Assembly (NCBI GenBank): GCA_965202805.1
Contig: OZ241869.1
Span: 2,976,001 to 3,040,000, forward strand
DNA: 64,000 bases
Source of the DNA: Longimicrobiales bacterium
GTDB lineage: Bacteria; Gemmatimonadota; Gemmatimonadetes; Longimicrobiales; Gaopeijiaceae
Direction of reading: 5' to 3'
How positions within the stretch are numbered: position 1 is the stretch's first letter; each line of letters opens with the position of its first letter. The notes beneath the pieces are model-generated. The model searched no databases and had not been told where the DNA came from. It worked only from the letters and a program-made list of their open reading frames with translations. Shown here piece by piece: positions 1 to 8,088 of the stretch. The translations under genes and the position numbers were made by a program.

Positions 1-1
1 G

Positions 2-847
2 GGGTCGGACATCGCGGGAGTGGTGGACGCGGTGGGTCCCGGCGCCGCGCACGTTCCGGTCGGTACGCGGGTGGTGGTGGATCCCTCGCTGGACTACGAC
101 TGGTACGATGCCACCGTGCCCGGACGGAACCTGCGTTCCCGTGAGCTAAGGATCATCGGAGAGCACACCCCGGGCGGCTTCGCCGACTACGCGGTGGTTC
201 CCGCCGCCAACCTGGTCGAGGTGCCGCCGGATGTCCCGTTCGAGGCCGCCGCCGCCGCCAGCCTGGTAGGGGTGACCGCGTGGCACGCGGTGGTGGTGCG
301 CGGACAGGTGCGCCCCGGCGAGCGGGTGCTGGTGACCGGCGCGTCGGGAGGCGTATCCACCATGGCCGTGCAGATCGCGCGGCACGCGGGCGCGGTGGTG
401 TACGCCGTCACCAGCGGGGCCGACAACGTCCCCCGCGTGCGCGAGCTGGGGGCCGAGGTCGTCTACGACCGGCTGGAGGTCGACTACGGGCGCGCGCTCT
501 GGAAGGACACCGGCAGGCAGGGCGTCGATCTGATCGTGGACTCGGTCGGCGCCGCCACCTGGAAGGCGAACCTGCGCGCCCTGCGCCAGGGCGGCCGCCT
601 GGTCTGCTACGGAGCCACCACCGGCCCGGTCGGCGAAACCAATCTTCCTCTTCTCTTCTGGAAGAAAGCCTCGATTCTCGGCAGCACCATGGGCACGCCC
701 GCCGATTACCGCAGGGCGATGCAGCTCGTCTTCGATGGCGTGATCCGGGCGCCCATCGACGAGGTCCTCCCGCTCGAGCGGGCTCGGGAAGCCCACGAGC
801 GACTCGAGGCCGGCGAGGTCTTCGGCAAGCTGGTGCTGCAGCCGTGA
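2..847 (+). CDS. MDR-family (zinc-type alcohol dehydrogenase/quinone oxidoreductase-like) oxidoreductase, 5'-partial
   Basis: Frame open from window edge (GSDIAGVV); VLVTGASGGVS nucleotide-binding motif; C-terminal GKLVL. Confidence 0.88.
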   Translation, partial: GSDIAGVVDAVGPGAAHVPVGTRVVVDPSLDYDWYDATVPGRNLRSRELRIIGEHTPGGFADYAVVPAANLVEVPPDVPFEAAAAASLVGVTAWHAVVVRGQVRPGERVLVTGASGGVSTMAVQIARHAGAVVYAVTSGADNVPRVRELGAEVVYDRLEVDYGRALWKDTGRQGVDLIVDSVGAATWKANLRALRQGGRLVCYGATTGPVGETNLPLLFWKKASILGSTMGTPADYRRAMQLVFDGVIRAPIDEVLPLERAREAHERLEAGEVFGKLVLQP

Positions 848-910
848 GCGCCTGCATCACGCTCTGGGACCATTCCTGATGGCATGAGCGACGCTTATGT
901 GCCATTCACC

Positions 911-956
911 CTGATCACTTGATCAGCCACAAGAAACCGTTACGTTACAGGTAACG
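911..956 (+). promoter_or_regulatory. Putative promoter with two palindromic operators of the TA operon
   Basis: CTGATCA-ct-TGATCAG (911-926) and CGTTAC-ag-GTAACG (943-956) overlap TTGATC-N16-TACGTT (919-946). Confidence 0.5.
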
Positions 957-973
957 ATAAGGGAAGATCGTTC

Positions 974-1309
974 TTGGAAATCACCTTCAAGACCCGGAAG
1001 CTTGCGAAAATCTTCAACTCGGAAAAGGAACTCCAAAAAAAATACGGTGCTCCGATGATGCGGCGCATTGCGGCCCGTCTCGCGGTGTTGAAGAACGCCC
1101 GCACGCTTTCGATGGTGCCCAGCACTCCGCCCGAACGTCTGCATCCACTTCGGGGCAAACGGAAAGGGCAACACGCCGTGGACCTGGTTCACCCCTACCG
1201 GCTGATTCTCCAACCCGATCAAGATCCGCTTCCCTGTCGCAAAGACGGAAGCCTGGCCACGGACCAGGTGACATCGATCACAATCATCGAAGTAACGGAC
1301 TACCACTGA
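974..1309 (+). CDS. higB: HigB/RelE-like toxin (plasmid maintenance system killer protein)
   Basis: MEITFKTRKL start, RLHPLRGKRKGQHAVDLVHPYRLI core and IIEVTDYH end are typical of HigB; TTG start. Confidence 0.88.
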   Translation: MEITFKTRKLAKIFNSEKELQKKYGAPMMRRIAARLAVLKNARTLSMVPSTPPERLHPLRGKRKGQHAVDLVHPYRLILQPDQDPLPCRKDGSLATDQVTSITIIEVTDYH

Positions 1310-1327
1310 AGGCCACGGAGTTGGGAC

Positions 1328-2404
1328 ATGACTGCGGCAGCAAACAGGTACTCGCCAGACTACGCGGTACCGCCCGGCTGGGTGATCGAAGAGCATCTGG
1401 CCACGCGCGACATCTCCCAGGCTGAGCTTGCCAGAAGATGTGGTCGGTCACCCAAGCTCATCAGCGAGATCATCGCCGGCAGGGCCCCGATCGAACCAGG
1501 CACGGCTCTGCAGTTGGAGATGGTCCTGGGAGTGGACGCAACCATCTGGCTCGGCATCGAGGCGGACTATCGGCTGTTTCAGGCGCGCGAGGCTGACGCC
1601 AGGAAGGCCCGTGATCTGGTAGCCTGGGCGAAGACGTTTCCTACCGGGGAACTGGTGAAGCGGGGCGCGATGGATCCACCCTCGTCCGAGAGCGCAATCG
1701 TGCAGGCACTCCTGTCCTTCTTCGGCGTGGCGACGAAGCACGCCTGGGACACGAAATACGGAGCAACTCAAGCGGCTTATCGACATTCGCCGAGCTTCGA
1801 GAGCGATCAACCCTCGCTGAAGACATGGCTCCGGCTGGTTGAAATGGATGCGGAGAAGCAGAACTGCGCTGGCTACGACGAGCCGCGTTTCAGATCGGTG
1901 TTGCGCCAGGTTCGCTGCTTGACCCGTGACCCGATGCCGGATGCCGTTCAGGAAGCGAGACGGCTCTGCAGCGAGGCGGGCGTTGCATTGGCGGTAGTCG
2001 ACCCGTTGCCGAAGGTGCGCCTGAGTGGTGCCGCCTGGTGGTACAGACGCGGAAAACCCGTAATCGCGCTTACGGGGCGTCACAGATCCGATGATCATCT
2101 GTGGTTCAGCTTCTTTCACGAAGCAGCCCACCTGCTCCTTCACAGCAGGCGGGAGATCTTCATAGACGATCTGAGTACAGATGGCGACGACGTCGAAGCT
2201 CAGGCGAACGCCTGGGCAGCAAACTTTCTCCTGCCTCGCCAACACTGGCGGCGGTTCGTAGCGAGTGGCGTCTTCGGTTCAAGCGATGTCCGGGAATTCG
2301 CGCAGGATCAGAGAATCGCCCCCGGCATCGTAGTCGGGCGCCTGCAACATGAGGGGCTGATCCCCTGGAATCATCTCAATCACCTCAAGAAGAAAGCCGC
2401 TTAG
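1328..2404 (+). CDS. higA: HigA antitoxin (XRE HTH) fused to ImmA/IrrE metallopeptidase
   Basis: PDYAVPPG..SQAELARRCG HTH; WFSFFHEAAH (HEXXH) and downstream EAQANAWA. Confidence 0.88.
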   Translation: MTAAANRYSPDYAVPPGWVIEEHLATRDISQAELARRCGRSPKLISEIIAGRAPIEPGTALQLEMVLGVDATIWLGIEADYRLFQAREADARKARDLVAWAKTFPTGELVKRGAMDPPSSESAIVQALLSFFGVATKHAWDTKYGATQAAYRHSPSFESDQPSLKTWLRLVEMDAEKQNCAGYDEPRFRSVLRQVRCLTRDPMPDAVQEARRLCSEAGVALAVVDPLPKVRLSGAAWWYRRGKPVIALTGRHRSDDHLWFSFFHEAAHLLLHSRREIFIDDLSTDGDDVEAQANAWAANFLLPRQHWRRFVASGVFGSSDVREFAQDQRIAPGIVVGRLQHEGLIPWNHLNHLKKKAA

Positions 2405-2428
2405 GTTCAAGTTGCGTTCTTGCGGAAG

Positions 2429-2755
2429 ATGGATCTGAAGGAAGCCCAGGCCCGGGTCGACGCCTGGATCTCGCGATTCGAGGAGGGCTACTGGCCTCCG
2501 CTCGTCAACCTCGCGCGCCTGGTCGAGGAGGTCGGTGAACTCTCGCGCGAACTGAATCACCGGTTCGGCTCGAAGCTCAAGCGGGCCGACGAAGCCGAGA
2601 AGGACCTGGCGCTCGAGATCGGCGACATCCTCTTCGTCCTGATCGCCCTTTCGAACGAACGGGGAATCGATCTCGACGACGCGCTGGAGCGGGTGCTCGA
2701 GAAATACGAGACGCGCGACGGCGATCGCTGGACTCCCGCGTCCCCGCGAGAGTGA
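2429..2755 (+). CDS. MazG-like nucleotide pyrophosphohydrolase (YpjD-like)
   Basis: LARLVEEVGELSRE and EIGDILF motifs; KYETRD end. Confidence 0.88.
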   Translation: MDLKEAQARVDAWISRFEEGYWPPLVNLARLVEEVGELSRELNHRFGSKLKRADEAEKDLALEIGDILFVLIALSNERGIDLDDALERVLEKYETRDGDRWTPASPRE

Positions 2756-2813
2756 GCCCCACCGAGAGCCGCTGCCGGCCGCGGAGGCGACCATCGGCCT
2801 GCCGCGCGCAACC

Positions 2814-3980
2814 GTGACGTCGCCCGCCGACCTTCGCGACCGCATCCGTGAGCGCGCCCGCGCCCTGGGATTCGACCGGGTGCGCATCACCGGCCCGCAC
2901 GCCAGCGGGCACATGGACTTCTACCGCCGCTGGATCGAGGAGGGAGCCCACGGCGAGATGGGCTACCTCGCCCGGGAGGACTCCATCGCGCGCCGGGGCG
3001 ACCTCCGCCTCACCATGAAGGACGTGCGCTCGGTCGTGCTCGTGACCCACAACTACCACCAGCCCGATCCGCCCGGGCTCGCGGAGGACGGGGAGCGCGC
3101 GGTGATCGCCCGCTACGCTCGCGGGGACGACTATCACGACGTCATGAAGCGGCGCCTGGTGAAGCTGCTCGCCGACGTCGAGGGGGACGCCGGGCGCCGC
3201 GTCTCCGGGCGCGCCTATGTGGATACGGGCCCGATCCTGGAGCGCGAGCTGGCGATGCGCGCGGGGCTCGGATGGCTGGGGAAGAACACGATGCTGATCG
3301 ATCCGGGGAGCGGCTCGTATTTCTTCCTGGGGATCCTGCTCCTCGACCTCGAGCTGCCGGAGGATGAGCCCTTCACCGAGGACCGCTGCGGGACCTGCCG
3401 GAGTTGCCTCGACGCCTGTCCCACCGGCGCCCTGCTGGGACGCGATGCGCGGGGCGCGCCGGTCATGGACGCCCGGCGCTGCATCTCCTATCTCACCATC
3501 GAGCACCGGGGGCCGATCCCGCGCGAGCTGAGGGCTCCGATCGGCAACCGCATCTACGGCTGCGACATCTGCCAGGAGGTCTGTCCCTGGAACGTGAAGT
3601 TCCGGACGCCCGCCAGCGAGTCGGCGTACCGCGCGCGGCCGGAGCTGGACGGCCCTCTGCTGGTAGAGCTGGCCGAGCGCCTCCTCGCCATGGACGATGC
3701 CGCGTTCTCACGCGCCTTCCGCGGCTCTCCCGTCAAGCGGGCGAAGCGCAACGGCCTGCTGCGCAACGTCTGCGTGGGGCTCGGGAACCAGCGAGGCGAG
3801 GATGCGGTTCCCGTGCTGATCCGGGCGCTTCAGGACGGGGCTCCGCTGGTGCGCGGCCATGCCGCATGGGGGCTCGGGCGAATCGCGGCGTCAGCCGATG
3901 CGTCAGCCGCGCTAAGGGCGCGCATGGACGTGGAAGACGACGCCTGGGTGCGCGAGGAAATTGCGCGGGCGCTGAGATAG
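2814..3980 (+). CDS. queG: tRNA epoxyqueuosine(34) reductase
   Basis: ARYARGDDYH, VDTGPILER, CGTCRSCLDACPT, RCISYLTIE, GCDICQEVCPWN; HEAT-like C-terminus. Confidence 0.95.
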   Translation: MTSPADLRDRIRERARALGFDRVRITGPHASGHMDFYRRWIEEGAHGEMGYLAREDSIARRGDLRLTMKDVRSVVLVTHNYHQPDPPGLAEDGERAVIARYARGDDYHDVMKRRLVKLLADVEGDAGRRVSGRAYVDTGPILERELAMRAGLGWLGKNTMLIDPGSGSYFFLGILLLDLELPEDEPFTEDRCGTCRSCLDACPTGALLGRDARGAPVMDARRCISYLTIEHRGPIPRELRAPIGNRIYGCDICQEVCPWNVKFRTPASESAYRARPELDGPLLVELAERLLAMDDAAFSRAFRGSPVKRAKRNGLLRNVCVGLGNQRGEDAVPVLIRALQDGAPLVRGHAAWGLGRIAASADASAALRARMDVEDDAWVREEIARALR

Positions 3981-4008
3981 GATCGCGGCGCAACCGGGTG
4001 TTTTCCGC

Positions 4009-4031
4009 CGCGCAACGTTTTTTGTTGCGCG
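4009..4031. terminator. Hairpin between convergent genes, possible terminator
   Basis: CGCGCAAC-gtttttt-GTTGCGCG perfect 8-bp stem; the T-run is in the loop, so it is atypical. Confidence 0.35.
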
Positions 4032-4122
4032 CTGACTTATGCCCGCTGCCGATGCCCCGGCGCGCGCGCTCCATGGCGGCCCGTGCTGCCGGGAAGAAAT
4101 CGCGCTCGCCAGGAGCGGCCCC

Positions 4123-4659
4123 TCAACCCGGGTTGCCGCCACCTCCGCCGTTGGTCTCCGTGTAGGCCGCCGCGAACTCCTCCACCCCGGCCGTGACCGC
4201 GGCTTCGAGAGCGGCCTGGGCATCGACGATCGCCGCAACGCCCAGATCGGTGGCGAACCAGGTCACGGCCTCGGCGAGCGTGATCTGGTTGTCGCGCGTC
4301 ATCTGGGTCGACTGGTGGACGCGCACCGCGACCGAATAAGCCAACGCGCCCGTCACCGCCACGCCGTCCCCGGGCGCGCACTCCAGGATGATGCGCAGCT
4401 CGGGGAGACCGGGGTTGCGGAGCATCTCGCCCTGGGTCAGCAGGTCCACGCCCGCCGCCGCCAGGGTCGCCTCGGTCTGGACCCGCACCGACTCGTCGGT
4501 GATCCCGGCGCCGGCGCAGGCGGCGCCCGTCTGCGCGCTCACGAAGACGCCACCCAGGTCCTCGAGGGTATAGCGGTTCCACACCGTGTCCTGGGCTGCG
4601 CTCCCCGCCGGGAGGCCGATCAGCCCCAATGCCATGGCCATCAACGCGTAACGCTTCAT
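4123..4659 (-). CDS. Exported hypothetical protein
   Basis: GGAG RBS; signal peptide MKRYALMAMALGLIGLPAGSAA; start trimmed from the long ORF. Confidence 0.7.
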   Translation of the reverse strand: MKRYALMAMALGLIGLPAGSAAQDTVWNRYTLEDLGGVFVSAQTGAACAGAGITDESVRVQTEATLAAAGVDLLTQGEMLRNPGLPELRIILECAPGDGVAVTGALAYSVAVRVHQSTQMTRDNQITLAEAVTWFATDLGVAAIVDAQAALEAAVTAGVEEFAAAYTETNGGGGGNPG

Positions 4660-4784
4660 TCGGTGCTCCGTAGGCGGACGCTCGCTCGCGTCCTCGGCTT
4701 CAGTTGGCGTGCCGGTCCCTCCCAAACCAAACCCCTCGCAACAGGTACGAGGGGTTCGGCAGCGGGCGGAGAGCGGCTTTGTGC

Positions 4785-6566
4785 TCAGCAGGACCTGCAG
4801 TTGTGATTGTTCTTCGACCCCAGCTTCTCCAGCATGGCGACGGTCGGCGGATGCGGCTGGGCCCGCTGCTCCGGGCTGTTCGCCATGTCGGCGACGGTAT
4901 GTCCCCGCCGGCTGAGCAGGGTCAGGTCGGCACCCCTCTCCACCAGGAACAGGATGGTCTCGTTGTCGCCCCGGGCCGCCGCATGGTGGATGGGCGCGAA
5001 GCCGTCCTTGTCGCGGATGTTGGGGTCGACGCCGACCTCGTCGACGAGGAAGCGCACCGCCGGCAGCCAGCCATCGGGCACGTGCCGGTGCGTCTGCGCC
5101 ACCCGTGAGGTGCCGAAGCCGACGCCCGAGGCCGCGTGCAGCGGGTGGACTCCGGGCCCCCCGTGCGGTACCGGCTCGAGCCCCGACGGATCTTCTTCCG
5201 GTTCGCCGGGGCGACGGAAGTTGAAGCGCCTGGGGCTGATCAGGTTGTACGTCCAGATGTTCGGATCGGCCCCATTGTCGAGCAGCAGCTTCATGGCTTC
5301 GACATCGACGGCGTAGGCGGCTCTCCAGAACGGCGTTGCGCCCGCGAAGTCCACGCCCATGCGGCCGGCGTTGTAGGCCGCGTACCAGATGTGGGTGTTG
5401 GTGCGGGCATTGGGATCGGCGCCGGCATCGAGCAGCAGCTCCATGAGCTCCAGGTAGGTCGTTTCCTGCTGGCGGAACGCCTGTGGTTGCGGATACCAGG
5501 TGCGCAGCGACCACTCGATGTTGAGGGCGGCGAACAGGGGTCCGGCACCATCGTCGCTCACGAGGTTGGGATCGGCGCCTGCTTCGAGCAGTTCTCCGGC
5601 CAGGTCGTAGTTGCCGTTGATGACGGCTACCAGCATGGGTGAGGAATGATCGCCGCTGGGAAGGTTGATGTCCGCGCCCCCCTCCATCAGCACCCGGGCC
5701 GCCTCGGCGTTTCCGTTGCGGACCGCGTAGTGCAGGGCTGAAAAGCCGCCCTGGATGCCGATCTGTTCGATCGAGGACAGGACCTTGGGACCGTCCGGCG
5801 GCAACTCCGGCTCGTTTTGCTGATTACCGCCGAAACCCGGAGGCCCGCCGCGTCCCTGCCCGGGGCGCTGGGCACCCGGCTCCTCCTCCGGCTCGGGCTC
5901 CTTCTCCGCTTCACGGATGCGCTGCCGGCGGGTTCGCTCCTCCCGGTCAGCGGCCTCGATCTCGGTGTAGTCGCGGGTGTCGCTCACCAGGTCGGGGTCG
6001 GCGCCGGCGTCGAGAAGCGCCTGGAGCGCCGCGGCGGAATTGCGCGCCGCAGCGAACATCGCGGGCGTCCGGCTGGAGTAGGCGTCCCGCACGTTCACGT
6101 CCGCGCCGTGCCCGGCCAGCGCGTTCACCACCTCGACCCCGTTCGCCTCGGCGGCGAAGTGCAGGGAGGCGGCCCCGGTGCCGGTCAGAACGTCGGGATT
6201 GGCGCCGGCTTCGAGAAGCGCCGCGACGACGCCCGCATTGCCTGCCCGGCTCGCCAGGTGGAGGGGCGTGTAGCCGCCCACGCGGGTGGCCGGCTGAAGC
6301 GTGGCTCCCGCGAAGATGAGGGTCTCGACGATCTCCAGCTGGTCGTTCAGCGCCGACCAGTGCAGCGCGGTCATTCCGTCGGGCTGCGCCGCGCTGGGGT
6401 CCGCCCCCTGCCTCAGCAGAGTGCGAATCTCCTCCACCTCACCCCGCTCGGCCGCATCCGCGACCGGCGATTCGTCGGGGGTGGCGGCGACCAGCAGCAG
6501 CGCGCCGACCGCCAGGGTCCGCTTCATCCAGGGTGCGAAAGTTCGCTTGCTCGTCGCCATCTCCAC
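4785..6566 (-). CDS. Exported ankyrin-repeat protein
   Basis: Signal peptide; many TALH/TPLH..GADPN ankyrin repeats; C-terminal NNHNCRSC; start may be 6560. Confidence 0.92.
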   Translation of the reverse strand: MEMATSKRTFAPWMKRTLAVGALLLVAATPDESPVADAAERGEVEEIRTLLRQGADPSAAQPDGMTALHWSALNDQLEIVETLIFAGATLQPATRVGGYTPLHLASRAGNAGVVAALLEAGANPDVLTGTGAASLHFAAEANGVEVVNALAGHGADVNVRDAYSSRTPAMFAAARNSAAALQALLDAGADPDLVSDTRDYTEIEAADREERTRRQRIREAEKEPEPEEEPGAQRPGQGRGGPPGFGGNQQNEPELPPDGPKVLSSIEQIGIQGGFSALHYAVRNGNAEAARVLMEGGADINLPSGDHSSPMLVAVINGNYDLAGELLEAGADPNLVSDDGAGPLFAALNIEWSLRTWYPQPQAFRQQETTYLELMELLLDAGADPNARTNTHIWYAAYNAGRMGVDFAGATPFWRAAYAVDVEAMKLLLDNGADPNIWTYNLISPRRFNFRRPGEPEEDPSGLEPVPHGGPGVHPLHAASGVGFGTSRVAQTHRHVPDGWLPAVRFLVDEVGVDPNIRDKDGFAPIHHAAARGDNETILFLVERGADLTLLSRRGHTVADMANSPEQRAQPHPPTVAMLEKLGSKNNHNCRSC

Positions 6567-6606
6567 TCCTCGCAGCCGCCGTTGCCGGGCCTGGTCTTCG
6601 CCGCCT

Positions 6607-7995
6607 CTACACCGCGAAGGTGCCGGTGCTGTTGCCGAACGTTTCGAGGTCGGTCACGCCGAGGCGATGCAGCAGGTCGAGCATGACGTTCGCCATCGGG
6701 GTTCCCGGAGGCGCCACCACGTGCCGCTCTCCCTCAAGCAGTCCGTTCATGCCGCCGACCATGAAGAGCGGGCAGCGGGCATGGTTGTGGATGTTGGGGT
6801 CGGCCATCGCCGATCCGTACATGATCATGGTCTTGTCGAGCAGCGTCGCGTCCCCGTCGTTGGTCGCCTGCAGCTTCTCGAGGAAGTAGGGCAGCATGCC
6901 GACGTGGTAGGTGTTGATCAGGGCGAAGTCGAGAATCCGCTCCTCGCGTCCACCGTGGTGGCTGCCCGCGTGGAAGGGGGTCGAGGATCCGCTCTCCGGG
7001 TAGATCCGGGGAGATGCGTCCCGGCCCAGTTTGAACGAGAAGACCCGGGTGGTGTCGGAGGTGAACGCGAGCAGCTGAAGGTCGAACATCACTTCCATGT
7101 GCTCGCGGAAGTCATCCGGCACGCCCACGGGAGCCTCCGGAATCTCGCGCTCCTCACCGCTCGTGTTCTGCGCCTCGATCCGGCCGATGCGCTGCTCCAG
7201 CTCGCGGATGTTGTCGATGTAGCGGGAGACGCGATGCTGGTCGGCCGGCCCCAGCTCGCGCTTCAGGCTGGTGATCTCGTCCAGCATCCAGTCGAGGATG
7301 CTGCGGTCGGTGCGGAGACGATGGGCGCGCTGCTCCGGGGTGCCGCCGGCTCCGAACAGCTGCTGGAAGACGGCGCGCGGATCGCGGATCATCGGCAGCG
7401 GCTCGCTCGGAGACGCCCAGCTGACCGTGTCCGTGTAGGCGCAGGCGTAGCCGTAGGCGCAGCCGCCCGCCTGGTCGACGTTCTCGATCGTGAGCTGCAT
7501 CGACGGAATAGGGGTCTCCCGGCCGTGGCGCTGGACGAAGAGCTGGTCCATGGAGGTCCCGATGTGCAGGTCCGAGCCCTGGGTCTGCTTCGGATGCGCC
7601 TGCGTCAGGAACACCGCCGTGGTGCGGAAGTGGTCACCGCCGATCTCTTCGGGCGAGAACGCGTCCGCCATGCGGGAGTCGGTGTTGGTGACGATGGTGA
7701 GGTACTTCCGGAAGGGCTCGAGCGACCGCAGGCTGGTGGGCGAAAGATCGAAGTCCTTCCCCTCGGCCGCGGGTGCCCAGAGGTTCTGGGAGGCACCCCA
7801 TTCGTTGCATCCGGCGGCGCCGTGCACCTGCTCGATGAAGACGAGGCGGGTGTCGTTGGCGGCGCGACCGGCGGCCGTCGCCGACCACAGCCTTCCCGCG
7901 GGAACCATGGCGTCGAGCAGCGGCAGCCCGATGACGCCGCTCATGCTCCGCAACATGGTGCGCCTGGAGATGCTCTTTCCGGTGATGAAATTCAT
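6607..7995 (-). CDS. DUF1552 (HXXSHH) family protein, Tat-exported
   Basis: SRRTMLR..LPLLDAM Tat-like signal; SMDQ, GYACAY, FHAGSHH motifs. Confidence 0.9.
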   Translation of the reverse strand: MNFITGKSISRRTMLRSMSGVIGLPLLDAMVPAGRLWSATAAGRAANDTRLVFIEQVHGAAGCNEWGASQNLWAPAAEGKDFDLSPTSLRSLEPFRKYLTIVTNTDSRMADAFSPEEIGGDHFRTTAVFLTQAHPKQTQGSDLHIGTSMDQLFVQRHGRETPIPSMQLTIENVDQAGGCAYGYACAYTDTVSWASPSEPLPMIRDPRAVFQQLFGAGGTPEQRAHRLRTDRSILDWMLDEITSLKRELGPADQHRVSRYIDNIRELEQRIGRIEAQNTSGEEREIPEAPVGVPDDFREHMEVMFDLQLLAFTSDTTRVFSFKLGRDASPRIYPESGSSTPFHAGSHHGGREERILDFALINTYHVGMLPYFLEKLQATNDGDATLLDKTMIMYGSAMADPNIHNHARCPLFMVGGMNGLLEGERHVVAPPGTPMANVMLDLLHRLGVTDLETFGNSTGTFAV

Positions 7996-8088
7996 CGTTC
8001 AGACTCCGTTGTTTGTACAACCTGCGAGTACACCGGCTGTTGCGGTGCTCGGGCAATCAATTCGTTCAGGCTTCACGGCCTGTGCAGT

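Noticed and set aside
2429..2755. MazG as an anti-phage partner of the TA islet
   Set aside because: Host-like codon usage and YpjD-type housekeeping sequence beside queG; adjacency is probably just the insertion site.
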